In this document: positions 10,120 through 20,682 of the stretch, in pieces | How the letters are laid out: each line of letters opens with the position of its first letter | Numbering within the stretch: position 1 is the first letter of the stretch | DNA from: an uncultured Chroococcidiopsis sp. | GTDB taxonomy: Bacteria > Cyanobacteriota > Cyanobacteriia > Cyanobacteriales > Chroococcidiopsidaceae | Direction: 5' to 3' | Assembly (NCBI GenBank): GCA_964248365.1 | Contig: CAXTYC010000011.1 | Span: 1 to 64,000, forward strand | Length of the DNA: 64,000 nt | Notes under the pieces: generated by a model | The model's input: the letters and a program-made list of their open reading frames with translations, nothing else | What the model was told of the DNA's origin: nothing | Database searches by the model: none | Translations under genes and position numbers: made by a program

Positions 10120-11679
10120 TTAGCCCTCCTGACGATCGTCAAGTTCGCTCGCGGCTTGTTCTTTATCTGTCAAAGGCTTAATTACAAGAGCGATCGCTTG
10201 CTGCACAAACTCCTGTATAAACTCATCGCGGCGATTTAGTTGAAACTGCTGCTGCACTACCTGGCTAATTCCACCATCACCCCAGTCTTGATCGTGGCGG
10301 AAATATTCAATAAAACTTTTTCCCGCAATGCGTGTTAGATAAGCCGCCGTCACTGCTTGAATTGCCCTACCAATTACAAACGTGGGGAGGCTCAGTTGAA
10401 GTGCAGTTGATAGTATTTGAATTGCTCCTTTGACAATGCCCAAACTTGCCAAGGTTTTGCCTAAAGACAGAGCTAATTCTCGCCCACGTTCTAAATTCAA
10501 CTCACAGCCGTAAATTTTGCCAATTTCTACCACCATTTGGGCGTTTACAGCAGCCGTTGCTAAGAGATCTACTAGGGGCAAAGGTGTTACTAAAACTACA
10601 CCAGCACCAATCCATTGATAACGTTCTACTACCTTTTCGGCTTGACGACGACGTTCCCCATCGATTAGTTTGCGGGCTTCTTCTCCCAATCGCTGGGATT
10701 GCAGCAGGATGTTATCGGCAACTAAGTCTTCTCCTTCTGCCCGAAGAACAGCAGCCATGCGGCGGAGTAATGGTATAATCTCTGGTTCAGGTTGGAAGAG
10801 ATCGCCGTTTTCAAGAGTTACAGGCTGGGGATTGGCGGCGATGGCTATGACATCGGTTGGGGCAATAAACCCGCGTACTCGTTCGCGTAATCTGGCGAGA
10901 ATCTTTTCTACGTCTTCTGAGGTATAAAGGTCAGTTTTATTTAAAATAATTAGCGATCGCTTGCCGATTTCCACCAAAGCCCTAAGTGGCTCGTACTCAG
11001 AACGACGCAAATCATTATCCACTACAAATAACAGCAAATCTGCTTGCGTTGCCAGTTGCCTTGCCATTTGTTCGCGCTGCGTTCCTGCTACCCCAGCTTC
11101 TAAAATTCCTGGGGTATCGGTAAACAAAATTCTCCGCTCCAATCCTTTCAGTTTTAGGGTATAAGTTTCCCCTACCTCGGTAGTTCCCATCGGTGCATCG
11201 ACTCGCCCAACTATGCGCCCAATCACTGCATTTACTAGGGAAGTTTTGCCAGCAGAACCAGTGCCAAATACAACTACTTGAATTTCGCCCCGTGCTAAAG
11301 AAGCTTCAATCTCCCGCGAACGACTTAGTAAAGCTTGCCGTGCTACTTCATCTTGAATCTGTGATACTTGTTGTCTGAGTGCGCGTAGGGTTTCCTCAGC
11401 TGCTTTGGTTTTAGCTTCTGGGATTTGAGGAGTTTGAGAAAGTCGCTGTTGTCTTTTTGAGCGCACATCGCCACGCCGAAACAGCAACACATAATAGACA
11501 AAAGTGCCAATTAATGCTGCAAACAGTACAATCAGCAATAATGTTAGCAAGTTTGCCAATATGGGATTGTTCCAAGCAGTGTAGCTATACAGCGAGGAAA
11601 GGGAACTAACCAGCCAAATCAATAGCCCCAAAATCAGGACTAGACCAATAATCAGCGTCAATAAGCGCGATAGAGGCAT
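10120..11679 (-). CDS. YcjF-family membrane GTP-binding protein (DUF697 C-terminus)
   Basis: GTGSAGKT (G1), DTPG (G3), NKTD (G4), N-terminal TM helices. Confidence 0.85.
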   Translation of the reverse strand: MPLSRLLTLIIGLVLILGLLIWLVSSLSSLYSYTAWNNPILANLLTLLLIVLFAALIGTFVYYVLLFRRGDVRSKRQQRLSQTPQIPEAKTKAAEETLRALRQQVSQIQDEVARQALLSRSREIEASLARGEIQVVVFGTGSAGKTSLVNAVIGRIVGRVDAPMGTTEVGETYTLKLKGLERRILFTDTPGILEAGVAGTQREQMARQLATQADLLLFVVDNDLRRSEYEPLRALVEIGKRSLIILNKTDLYTSEDVEKILARLRERVRGFIAPTDVIAIAANPQPVTLENGDLFQPEPEIIPLLRRMAAVLRAEGEDLVADNILLQSQRLGEEARKLIDGERRRQAEKVVERYQWIGAGVVLVTPLPLVDLLATAAVNAQMVVEIGKIYGCELNLERGRELALSLGKTLASLGIVKGAIQILSTALQLSLPTFVIGRAIQAVTAAYLTRIAGKSFIEYFRHDQDWGDGGISQVVQQQFQLNRRDEFIQEFVQQAIALVIKPLTDKEQAASELDDRQEG

Positions 11680-11805
11680 TTATCAATTATCAATTATCAA
11701 TTATTAATTATCAATTATCAATTAGACATTTTTCTGTTGTTAGCTAAGATTGGTAAGGTTTGTAATATAAGACATTAATAGTATTGAATACGGAGTATTA
11801 GAGGA

Positions 11806-12330
11806 ATGGGACTTTTTGACCAAGTTATCAATGCTATTGACAGTCCTAACCAGGAGGGTAGTTCAGGTGAGCTAGCTACTATTCTCAACACGGTACAACA
11901 GTTGAGTAATAACTATGGTACAGATCCCTCAACAGTGCAATCAGTTTTATCGGTTGTGGGCAACTATGTGCGATCGTCTTTGCAACAAAAACGCTCCACA
12001 GATGGTGATGAGTCAGCGCAAGCGATCGTAAATCAATATAGCGGTACATATCCCGACGAACAAGCCGTTCATTCGCTGTTTTCTCCAAACCAGCAGCAAC
12101 AGCTTGCTCAAACTGTTGCCCAAATGACTGGGTTGAATATGAATACAATTTTCCAGATGCTACCCATACTAGTACCTTTGGTACTAAATCTACTCAAAAC
12201 TGGTAATCAGACGCAAAATCCGCAACTTGGCACAAATCCAGTGCTAAATTCTTTCCTAGATGCCGATCGCGACGGAGATGTGGATATTGCAGATGCAATC
12301 CAACTAGCTAGCCGTCATCTCGGTTGGTAA
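11806..12330 (+). CDS. DUF937-like protein with a C-terminal DxDxDG Ca-binding-like loop
   Basis: MGLFDQVI start, LDADRDGDVDIAD end; RBS GAGG. Confidence 0.7.
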   Translation: MGLFDQVINAIDSPNQEGSSGELATILNTVQQLSNNYGTDPSTVQSVLSVVGNYVRSSLQQKRSTDGDESAQAIVNQYSGTYPDEQAVHSLFSPNQQQQLAQTVAQMTGLNMNTIFQMLPILVPLVLNLLKTGNQTQNPQLGTNPVLNSFLDADRDGDVDIADAIQLASRHLGW

Positions 12331-12334
12331 TGAG

Positions 12335-12578
12335 AGGGGCGCTCGTGCGAGAGGCTAGAGGCTAGAGGCTAGAGGCTAGGGGAGAGAGCAGGGGAGGCAG
12401 GGGAGGCAGGGGAGGCAGGGGAGGCAGGGGAGGCAGGGGAGGAAAAAACGGAACCAGCTCCCCCAGCTCCCCCAGCTCCCCCAGCTCCCCCAGCTCCCCC
12501 AGCTCCCCCAGCTTTCTTCTAGCCTCTCGCACAAGCGCCTCTAGCCTCTAGTCCCTAGCCCCTAGCCTCAGCGCCCCT
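12335..12578. repeat. Nested inverted STRR mosaic (long imperfect hairpin)
   Basis: aggggcgct...agcgcccct ends; ggcgctcgtgcgagaggctaga pairs with tctagcctctcgcacaagcgcc; (GGGGAGGCA)n faces (CCCCAGCTC)n. Confidence 0.85.
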
Positions 12579-12583
12579 AATTA

Positions 12584-13585
12584 ATGAGAGTCGTATTCTT
12601 CGGTACTCCCCAGTTTGCTGTTCCCAGCTTGGAACGCTTGCTCAAGTCTCCCCAGTTTGAAGTATTGGCAGTTGTTACCCAGCCTGATAAACGTCGGGGG
12701 AGGGGCAATCAATTAACACCTTCACCTGTAAAAACTGTTGCCTTGGAGCATCAAATACCTGTGTGGCAACCCCAAAGGGTGAAAAAAGATGCCCAAACTC
12801 TGAATCTATTACAGCAAGCTGGGGCAGATTTCTTTGTTGTTGTCGCGTATGGGCAGATTCTTTCCCAAGAAATTCTGGATATGCCCCGACTAGGTTGTAT
12901 TAATGTGCATGGCTCAATCCTACCTAAATACCGAGGTGCGGCTCCGATCGCGTGGTGTCTTTATCATGGTGAGACTCAAACGGGCATTACGACGATGTTA
13001 ATGGATGCTGGCATGGATACGGGGGCAATGCTGTTAAAAGCTTACACACCGATTGATTTGCTAGACAATGCCCAGGATTTAGCACAAAGGCTAGCTCCTT
13101 TGGGGGCAGATTTATTGGTAGAAACTTTGTTAAAGCTAGAACGCCAGGAAATACAAATCTGTCCCCAGGATGATGCACAAGCGACTTATGCACCTCTAAT
13201 TAAGAAGGAGGATTATCAGCTCGATTGGAGTAGAAGCGCGATCGCTTTACACAACCAAGTTAGAGGCTTTTTCCCCAACTGCTACGCGACTTTTCGCGCT
13301 CAGCCACTGAAAATTCTTGCCACTGCCCCCCAAAACTTGGCTTACTCCCATCAACTGCCACCCGTTTTGAGAGAAGTAGTGGATAATTTGCCTGATTTGT
13401 CAAGCAAATCGTTCGCGCCAGGAGAAGTGGTAGAGATCATCAAGGGGATGGGAGCAATTATTCAAACTGGCGAGGGACTATTGCTGTTGCGAGAAGTGCA
13501 ACAGGCTGGCAAACGCCCTCAAAAGGGGTGGGATTTTGTCAATGGTAGTCGTTTAACAGTGGGAGAGGTTTTGGAAAAAGGGTAA
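12584..13585 (+). CDS. fmt: Methionyl-tRNA formyltransferase
   Basis: [44 protein letters not shown]. Confidence 0.97.
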   Translation: MRVVFFGTPQFAVPSLERLLKSPQFEVLAVVTQPDKRRGRGNQLTPSPVKTVALEHQIPVWQPQRVKKDAQTLNLLQQAGADFFVVVAYGQILSQEILDMPRLGCINVHGSILPKYRGAAPIAWCLYHGETQTGITTMLMDAGMDTGAMLLKAYTPIDLLDNAQDLAQRLAPLGADLLVETLLKLERQEIQICPQDDAQATYAPLIKKEDYQLDWSRSAIALHNQVRGFFPNCYATFRAQPLKILATAPQNLAYSHQLPPVLREVVDNLPDLSSKSFAPGEVVEIIKGMGAIIQTGEGLLLLREVQQAGKRPQKGWDFVNGSRLTVGEVLEKG

Positions 13586-13680
13586 AGGGGAAAGGGGAAA
13601 GGGACTCGGGACTCGGGACTCGGGAAAAGGAAATTTGCCTTCAATGCCTATTCTTCTGTCGTGGGTCTCCTTCACACTTG

Positions 13681-13710
13681 TGTACAGACGCAATATATTG
13701 CGTCTCTACA
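13681..13710. repeat. GTAGAGACG-type REP hairpin (related copies at 22600-22630 and 60292-60314)
   Basis: tgtacagacgcaat-at-attgcgtctctaca between convergent genes. Confidence 0.65.
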
Positions 13711-13722
13711 TACTCCATCCTT

Positions 13723-14088
13723 CTAACTTGATAGTTGATTATTTTCATAAAAACGGCAGCGATCGCAAGGTCCCTCTGGATTGACTGCACAGCGAATCAA
13801 CTCCGAGTGAGCATTGAAGCGACAACTAGCATCCCCAACTACCCAATGTCCGTTGACAAAACTTTTTTCGGCTGGTCTTTTTGCCGACTGAACGTAGAGA
13901 GCTATCTTATTTAAACGATACCGCCCCGCTTTCAATTGGTAGCGGTGGCGGCGTTCTAAAACAGCGTAGGTTTTACCTTCAAGATCTAAATAATTACCAG
14001 GTTGTGGTGTCCAATCAAGAAGAACTTTGCCGAGAAACTGACGCGGATGCGTCAAAATTACCTCGGTTGGTAGAGAGTATGGCTCCAT
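13723..14088 (-). CDS. Conserved cyanobacterial protein (DUF6464-like, Cys-rich C-terminus)
   Basis: CRFNAHSELIRCAVNPEGPCDRCRFYE motif. Confidence 0.75.
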   Translation of the reverse strand: MEPYSLPTEVILTHPRQFLGKVLLDWTPQPGNYLDLEGKTYAVLERRHRYQLKAGRYRLNKIALYVQSAKRPAEKSFVNGHWVVGDASCRFNAHSELIRCAVNPEGPCDRCRFYENNQLSS

Positions 14089-14355
14089 AACTCACAACAG
14101 ATGTAATGCTGACTACATCTGGATGTTATCGCACAATTACCCAGGAGGGGGAGAGGGGGAGAGTGGGAATCAGGGGAGAGTGGGAGAAATTACCTTTAGC
14201 CTTTACCCTTTACCCTTTCCCTTTTACCTTTTACCTTTATCGCAATACCTCTTTACCCTTTACCCTTATTAAGGTGAGAGAAGCAGATATACTCAGTTGT
14301 TGCTGAAAGTTGATGATTTCACCATAGACGATCTGGCAATTAGGAGGTGTATGCA

Positions 14356-16125
14356 ATGCCCACTCAAAGAAAGGCGATCGCACAAGTCAAACCTTACTGG
14401 AAAAAGTTTGCTATACGAATCATCTTTGGCATAGCAATTTCAATCTTTTTGACTACCTGGGTAGTTACCCCTACTCTAGCTTCGTCACCCATATCAGGGT
14501 TGAAGCCGCTACCCATATCAGGCTTGGAGCCGCTACCTATACCTGGCTTAGATGAGCTGTTAACTCCCAGCCAATCAAGTAACGCCAATAACCAACCAGT
14601 TACCACCTGGATTACTTTAGATGGTCGTCGTTTGTTTCAAATTGCTGCATCCTCTAAAGAAGATTTGGCAAAGCGGGTGGAAGATATTCAGCCGCGATTG
14701 CAAAAAATTAGCCAAGAATACTTCCGTAGCAATTCTGGGGAAGTTCAAGTCAAGGTTCAACGACAATTTGTAACTAGCAGCAATAATCCTAATTTAACCG
14801 TTAGTTATCCCGACATTATTGTCAACAATCAACGTTTGTTAACTGTTACCGAGCTGGATGCTCAAGCGCAAGGGGAAAACGATCCTCAAGATTTGGCACG
14901 AAGATTAAAACAATCGTTGGAGCAAGACCTGATAAGAGCTAAACAGGAACGACAAGCTTCATTCTTGCTGCGTCAGGGCGCAATTGCAGCTGGTGTTCTT
15001 TTAGTTGTCATTCTATGTAGTTGGCTGATTCGGCGCTGGCACAATCGTTTGCAATTACAGACTATTTCTACTCCTACGGTGTCGCCAACTGACTCAGTAA
15101 CAACGCAGCTGACGCAACAGAAACAACGAAATTTGCAAGAAGTCATACACCGATTATTTCAGTTAACTCAGGGCATTATTTGGGGTAGTGGAACACTGAT
15201 TATTTTGGGTCTGTTTCCCTACACACGCATCCTCCGGCTTTGGCTTCTCACTTTGTTGCCAACTCCTTTTTTCCTGGGAATTGTAGGATTAGGAACCTAC
15301 GTAGCTATTCGGTTAAGTTACTTCTTGATTGATCGGTTTACTACTGCACTGGCAAATAATGCTTTACTAGGCGCACAAGATAGTTATGTACGATTACAAC
15401 TAAGAATAATAACGATTTCTAGTGTCACCAAAGGTGTTGCTACATTCAGCGCAATAGCCATTGGTACACTTTTTGCTCTTTCAACTTTGGGTGTGAACCT
15501 TGCTCCTATACTTGCTGGTGCTGGTCTAATTGGTGTTGGATTATCTTTAGCTGCTCAAAGTCTGATCAAAGACGCGATTAACGGCTTTTTGATCATTATG
15601 GAAGACCAGTACGCTGTTGGTGATGTCATTAATGTGAAAGATGTTGGAGGCTTGGTAGAAAACCTCAATCTTCGCATTACTCAAGTTAGAGATGCAGAGG
15701 GACGTTTAATAACCATTCCCAATAGTGAAATCAAAACTGTTGCCAATCTTTCCAGTCGCTGGTCACGAGTTGATTTACTGATTCCAATTGCCTACGACGC
15801 TGATATTGACCAAGCTATGAAGCAGATTGATGCTGTGGGTTTAGAGATGGATCGAGATCCACAATGGCAGGAGCCAATTTTGGAAAGACCTCAAGTGTTA
15901 GGAGTTGATAATTTTAGCGATCGCGGCTTGATGATTCGAGTATGGATCAAAACCCAACCCCTGAAGCAATGGGAGGTAGCAAGAGAGTTTCGCCGTCGCC
16001 TCAAAATTGCCTTTGATCGCGCAGATATTGCCATTCCTGTTCCCCAACAAGCTATCTGGTTAAATACTTCTGACTCTCTCAAATCCCACTTCAATGATAA
16101 AGATTCTTCTGTTGTCGGGAAATAA
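14356..16125 (+). CDS. MscS-family mechanosensitive channel with periplasmic N-terminal domain
   Basis: AGAGLIGVGLSLAAQSLIKDAINGF, VGDVI, IPNSEI; AGGAGG at 14342-14347 favours ATG 14356. Confidence 0.9.
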   Translation: MPTQRKAIAQVKPYWKKFAIRIIFGIAISIFLTTWVVTPTLASSPISGLKPLPISGLEPLPIPGLDELLTPSQSSNANNQPVTTWITLDGRRLFQIAASSKEDLAKRVEDIQPRLQKISQEYFRSNSGEVQVKVQRQFVTSSNNPNLTVSYPDIIVNNQRLLTVTELDAQAQGENDPQDLARRLKQSLEQDLIRAKQERQASFLLRQGAIAAGVLLVVILCSWLIRRWHNRLQLQTISTPTVSPTDSVTTQLTQQKQRNLQEVIHRLFQLTQGIIWGSGTLIILGLFPYTRILRLWLLTLLPTPFFLGIVGLGTYVAIRLSYFLIDRFTTALANNALLGAQDSYVRLQLRIITISSVTKGVATFSAIAIGTLFALSTLGVNLAPILAGAGLIGVGLSLAAQSLIKDAINGFLIIMEDQYAVGDVINVKDVGGLVENLNLRITQVRDAEGRLITIPNSEIKTVANLSSRWSRVDLLIPIAYDADIDQAMKQIDAVGLEMDRDPQWQEPILERPQVLGVDNFSDRGLMIRVWIKTQPLKQWEVAREFRRRLKIAFDRADIAIPVPQQAIWLNTSDSLKSHFNDKDSSVVGK

Positions 16126-16285
16126 TTGGTAGTTGGTGAAAGGGGAAAGGAAAGTGGAACCAGTGGAACCAGTGGAAACGCGAAAAGCTCCCCTGCCCCC
16201 CTGCTCTGCAGGAACCAGATGCCTGCGCTACCCCTGCTCTGTTCTAGTCACTAGTCACTGGTTCCACTAGTTCCACTAGTTATTT

Positions 16286-16299
16286 GGTACAATTGTACT
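16286..16299 (+). promoter_or_regulatory. Cyanobacterial LexA (SOS) box abutting a -10-like hexamer
   Basis: GGTACAATTGTACT fits RGTACNNNDGTWCB; TACAAT at 16299-16304. Confidence 0.7.
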
Positions 16300-16384
16300 A
16301 CAATAGATAAGTAGGGTCATTGAGCCAAATGAAGTAAGCAAAGGCTCTGTGGCAACTGATGCGAGGATAAAATCAAATTGCGCT

Positions 16385-16651
16385 ATGACCAAACACTATA
16401 TTCTCAGCCTTAATCCGACTGCTAAGCATGACTGGGATCGATGCATTCTACGCGACCCAATCACCGCTAAGCGCCCAGAAATCGCCAAATTAATTGCCGA
16501 AGCCATTGGTGCAGAACCTGGAACTTACCTAGTGTCTGTAAATATTGAAGTCAAAGTTTTGGAACAAGCGCCTACCCCCCAGGCTGAGCAACTTCCTATA
16601 AGTGCTGCCCAATCCTCAGATCATCCTCACATCAAGGAACTAGCTGCATAA
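16385..16651 (+). CDS. Hypothetical protein downstream of the LexA box
   Basis: ORF with protein-like composition; ATG 16385 is in frame with the track ORF 16349. Confidence 0.7.
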   Translation: MTKHYILSLNPTAKHDWDRCILRDPITAKRPEIAKLIAEAIGAEPGTYLVSVNIEVKVLEQAPTPQAEQLPISAAQSSDHPHIKELAA

Positions 16652-16764
16652 CCAATACATATAATAAAATTCGCGCATTCGGAATTGGTAATTCAAAATT
16701 TTTCCCCTTGTCCCCCTTACTCCTCCCTGGGGTTAAAACCCCAGGCTATCCTCACCCCTCTTTC

Positions 16765-17142
16765 ATGATGACGATGCAATTAAGCCATTACCCTTGTGCG
16801 ATCGCACAAGCTGCCCAAAGGGTAAATGAAATAGACTCTCAGATTATGGCAGTCCAGCAACTGATTAACCGAGAAGAAGGCAATGCCGATACTCGCTCAG
16901 CTTTTGATTCAGACTTGAAAAATGATGCTCAGCGCAAGGCGCGTCGCTTTGAAGTACTGCTGACAAATCATGAATACCAAACAGCAGTGAATACTTTGCT
17001 ACGGCTGAATGCTGAAAAAGCAAATGCTATAGCACATTTGGAATATTTACGCAATCAATTTAGTGTGGCAAAATTGGAAGCAAGACTGGCGATCGCTCAG
17101 CAACTCACCGATTTTGAATCGCGGGAATTGGTTGGTTTGTAA
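16765..17142 (+). CDS. Hypothetical coiled-coil protein
   Basis: Helical heptad-like composition (LKNDAQRKARR); start at one of ATG 16765/16768/16774. Confidence 0.75.
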   Translation: MMTMQLSHYPCAIAQAAQRVNEIDSQIMAVQQLINREEGNADTRSAFDSDLKNDAQRKARRFEVLLTNHEYQTAVNTLLRLNAEKANAIAHLEYLRNQFSVAKLEARLAIAQQLTDFESRELVGL

Positions 17143-17165
17143 TTTCAAACGATTTTACCATTAAA

Positions 17166-17218
17166 GTAGGGTGGGCAATCCGAGGCTGTGGTGTAATACC
17201 GAGCTTCGCCCACCTTAC
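17166..17218. repeat. GTAGGGTGGGCA REP element (family also at 26749, 27620, 31199-31255, 50540-50593, 52550)
   Basis: gtagggtgggca...gcccaccttac; GTAG-led hairpins typical of REP sequences, mostly at gene 3' ends. Confidence 0.8.
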
Positions 17219-17269
17219 AGTTTTTTGGTATGATGCGTTTTCAGCTATGCTAGTATCAATAATCCTCCC

Positions 17270-17662
17270 ATGACCCAAGTTACACCAGAAGAAATTGCCC
17301 TCTTTCGGACTGAACTAGAAGATTATCCTGATGCCCAGGCTGCTCTACAAGAAATTGAAGAGTGCGAGGGAGATTTAGAAGATGCAGCAATGGTACTGGC
17401 AATTCGAGTAGGGCAACAACCAGACATAGCCAATTCAGACTGGCTAGATGGTTTAGCAAAAAAATGCCGTGCTGTCATCTGTCAGTCAGAATTCAGGAAC
17501 GCTTTAGTAAATCAAACCTATGCGCCGATTGTGGGACACTTGGCAGCAACGAGACTTTGCCCTGCAATTTTGGTAACTCCCGTTCTGATGTATGTAATAA
17601 AACAGGGCGTGGATAATTTTTGTGAACCGCTTGATACTGTATCTGAAGTCCTCAATAATTAA
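17270..17662 (+). CDS. Conserved hypothetical protein
   Basis: 130-aa acidic ORF with plausible composition. Confidence 0.7.
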   Translation: MTQVTPEEIALFRTELEDYPDAQAALQEIEECEGDLEDAAMVLAIRVGQQPDIANSDWLDGLAKKCRAVICQSEFRNALVNQTYAPIVGHLAATRLCPAILVTPVLMYVIKQGVDNFCEPLDTVSEVLNN

Positions 17663-17680
17663 TTGTCAGCTTGATATGGA

Positions 17681-18640
17681 TTATCGTATTAAGGTTCTTG
17701 CTACATTTGTGCGTATACGCTGCGCCTTTGTTATGACCTTTTTTAGAGGGGAACGGTAGCGTATACACGAAGTATTTGCATGGGCATTTTTCTCTAATCT
17801 AGCAAGGTACTTCAGATCAATCAATTCTTCTGTTGAAGCCGCCTGTCGTAGCCGCCACGTAGCATGAGGCTTTTGCTCATGGGCAAATAATTTCCCCACA
17901 TTGCCCAAGCAGTAATAACAAGACGATAATGGTTCAGTAGACTCTAAATAGGCGAATAAATCTTTAGCGAATTCAGAATAATCAGTAATTTTGATTCCAT
18001 CATTATGAGGCTTCAAAAAATCATTATTAATCACTTTTGGCAGAAATAGGCTGCGGGGACACTTATAAAAATATCCCTCAGAAACGGTATGACATTTCCA
18101 AATGTGCGCCAATTTACAAGTAGAATAAATGCGCTTAACCAGATTTGTATCTTTCGTGCCTAATTCTGAGTAAGATTCACGAAAATTGTCAAAGTAATAA
18201 TATTGAAAAATTACATTGTAAAACTTGGCTTTCTGCTCAAACTTTTTTAAATTTTCTTCACTTATTTCTTTACCTGGATATATTGAAACGTATAAATCAT
18301 CAGTTTTTTCCCAAAACTCTTCTGACATCGAGGCTAGTAACTGACCATTAGTTGCTACTTGGATGTAATCACTAATGCCTGAGCTACGGATTGCATCAAG
18401 GACTTGAACTATATTAGGGTGTAGTAGGGGTTCACCACCAATTAATTTAATGTATTTGGGACGATAATACTTTGCTAAAATTGAACATTCATCAAATACT
18501 TTGTTTGGGTCTTCAAAGCGTTTTACAAATGTTGGTGCTAAATGACTACAGCCACGACAGGAAAGATTACAATGATCTACAATATTAATCTCGCAAGCTT
18601 TGGGACTATAAATTTTATTTTAGATAATACGATAAAACAT
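17681..18640 (-). pseudogene. Radical SAM protein with a premature TAA at codon 7
   Basis: From ATG 18640: MFYRII*NKIYSPKACEINIVDHCNLSCRGCSH...IGGEPLLHP...VATNG, in frame with track ORF 17681-18328; TAA at 18622-18620. Confidence 0.85.
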
Positions 18641-18732
18641 AATTTTGTCCCTGATAATATTTCTAAAAGAATTACAATCTATTTAGTAAAGGAATTGTAT
18701 TTGCTATTACAAAATAGGATTCAAATAGATAT

Positions 18733-19464
18733 CTACCGACTCAAGGAGCGCAAAAACCTTTGCAAAGGGGCGAATACCCCAGGTTTCTTGGGTGCAGGAT
18801 CATCGACAGACTGACTAGACCGAGTTGCGCCAAAAACTATTCGGTCAAGTTCTTCGCCTGATGGTTTTTTGGGCAGTTCTACTATCAACTGGTAATCATC
18901 GTCTGTTTCTCGCCAAACTTGCCAAGGGGAAGGATAGCAGCGAAATACAGCCGCTCCCTCTATGGGACGAAGATAATAGCAAGATTCAATATTGTTGAGG
19001 AAGCGATCGCGTAATTGTCGTCCAGCGTACCCAACACCGACGATCGCCAGATCTTCTAAGCGCGGGTTGAGCATTACGACAGGTCGCTCTTGTGCTACTT
19101 CACAGAGCTTTTCTACTTGCTTTACTTCGACGGCTGAGGGTTCAATAAATAAAAATGCTTGATCCTCTGGCTGAATTTGTACTTCTGGCGGCACTCTACC
19201 TGTACCTATATCCATAATTTTAAACCCAACTTCTCCCCAATCACGACGAGCTAGAGCCGCTGCGCCAGCATCGGGAAAGAACAGCTTTAGTTGGGAACCG
19301 AACTGAGTAAATCCAGGCAGGAATTGCTCAGCCACAAACTGTCCCTTGAGTTCGGGAATCAGTATCTCGACTTGTAAGCGGGTATAACCATCTGCCAAGG
19401 CTGCATTAGTTGCAACTGTAGCTTGAGCGATCGCTTGTTCTAGGGATGTTGGAAATTCTGGCAT
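18733..19464 (-). CDS. DUF1995-family protein
   Basis: FFPDAGAAALARRDW, LNPRLED, FRCYPSPWQVW. Confidence 0.85.
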   Translation of the reverse strand: MPEFPTSLEQAIAQATVATNAALADGYTRLQVEILIPELKGQFVAEQFLPGFTQFGSQLKLFFPDAGAAALARRDWGEVGFKIMDIGTGRVPPEVQIQPEDQAFLFIEPSAVEVKQVEKLCEVAQERPVVMLNPRLEDLAIVGVGYAGRQLRDRFLNNIESCYYLRPIEGAAVFRCYPSPWQVWRETDDDYQLIVELPKKPSGEELDRIVFGATRSSQSVDDPAPKKPGVFAPLQRFLRSLSR

Positions 19465-19512
19465 GAGAGGGGTGAGGGGCGAGGGGCGAGGGGGAAACCT
19501 TGCTACTAATAA

Positions 19513-20682
19513 TTAGTAACTTACAGCTAATTTTACAGGCAGCAGGCGTTGTAAAATTTGCTTCAGTACGATTGCTGTCCAGTCTATATCAGCTTCCGTC
19601 GTGTATTTGCCAAGTGTCAAGCGGATTGCACCAAAAGCCGCTGATTCACCCATGCCCATTGCTAGTAGGACTTTACTAGGTGAAAGTTTACCACTGTGGC
19701 AAGCAGAGCCAGAGCTAATCCCAATTCCGGCAAGGTTCATTTGCCGCACAATAGTTTTACCAGTAATTTTTTGATTGTCCAGGTTGTGGACAGAGAAACT
19801 AAGATGATGGGGTAAGCGATCGTGGCGATCGCCTGTAGGAATTAAGTTAGGTGTATCAGCAAGCTCGTGAAATAAGCGATCGCGCAGGTTGATTAAGCGT
19901 GGTGTCTCTGAAGGCATTTCTTGTGCCGCCAGTTCTGCTGCGACACCAAATCCGGCGATAATTGGTATTGCTTGTGTTCCCGAACGTAACCGCAGTTCTT
20001 GTCCACCACCACCCAGCAATGGTACTAACTCAACCCCTGGACGAATATAAAGCGCCCCAGTGCCTTGAGGACCATAAAGTTTGTGGCTGGAAACGGACAA
20101 TAAATCGATTGGCAGTTGTTGCACGTCTATCGGTAAGCGTCCTGCTACCTGAACCGCATCTGTGTGAAACAGAACTCCATGAGAACGAGCAATATTTCCT
20201 AATGCTGCAATTGGTTGTAGTGTACCTACTTCACTTTGACCATAAATTACCGAAACCAAAACAGTATTTGGTCGGATTGCAGCCTCTAAGTCGAGGGTAT
20301 TAACTCGTCCTTGGGCATCTACAGGTAAATATGTTACTTCCCAACCCCACTGTTCTAGTAACCGTGCTGGTTCAGTAACTGCTGAATGCTCCACACTGGA
20401 AATAATTAGATGCCCAGGTGTAGTATAGCGACGCGCTACACCCATAATTGCCAAGTTGTTTGCCTCTGTACCACCCGAAGTAAAGATGATAGATTCAGCG
20501 TTATAAGCATTGAGTAAACCAGCCACCTGCATTCTGGCTTGTTCTAGAACGGTTGCTGCCCGCCCGCCCCATTCATGCAAACTGGAGGGATTGCCCCACT
20601 GTTGGGTGAGGACTGTTTGCATAGCGGCGATCGCCTCTGGGCGAGTTGGCGTTGTGGCGCTGTAATCTAGATAAATTTGCAT
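19513..20682 (-). CDS. Cysteine desulfurase (IscS/NifS type)
   Basis: IYLDYSATTP, FTSGGTEANN, HTDAVQ, SSHKLYGPQG, SSGSACHS. Confidence 0.95.
   Translation of the reverse strand: MQIYLDYSATTPTRPEAIAAMQTVLTQQWGNPSSLHEWGGRAATVLEQARMQVAGLLNAYNAESIIFTSGGTEANNLAIMGVARRYTTPGHLIISSVEHSAVTEPARLLEQWGWEVTYLPVDAQGRVNTLDLEAAIRPNTVLVSVIYGQSEVGTLQPIAALGNIARSHGVLFHTDAVQVAGRLPIDVQQLPIDLLSVSSHKLYGPQGTGALYIRPGVELVPLLGGGGQELRLRSGTQAIPIIAGFGVAAELAAQEMPSETPRLINLRDRLFHELADTPNLIPTGDRHDRLPHHLSFSVHNLDNQKITGKTIVRQMNLAGIGISSGSACHSGKLSPSKVLLAMGMGESAAFGAIRLTLGKYTTEADIDWTAIVLKQILQRLLPVKLAVSY

Noticed and set aside
18542..18814. 90-aa plus-strand ORF
   Set aside because: Antisense to the radical SAM 5' end and the DUF1995 3' end; no recognisable motif
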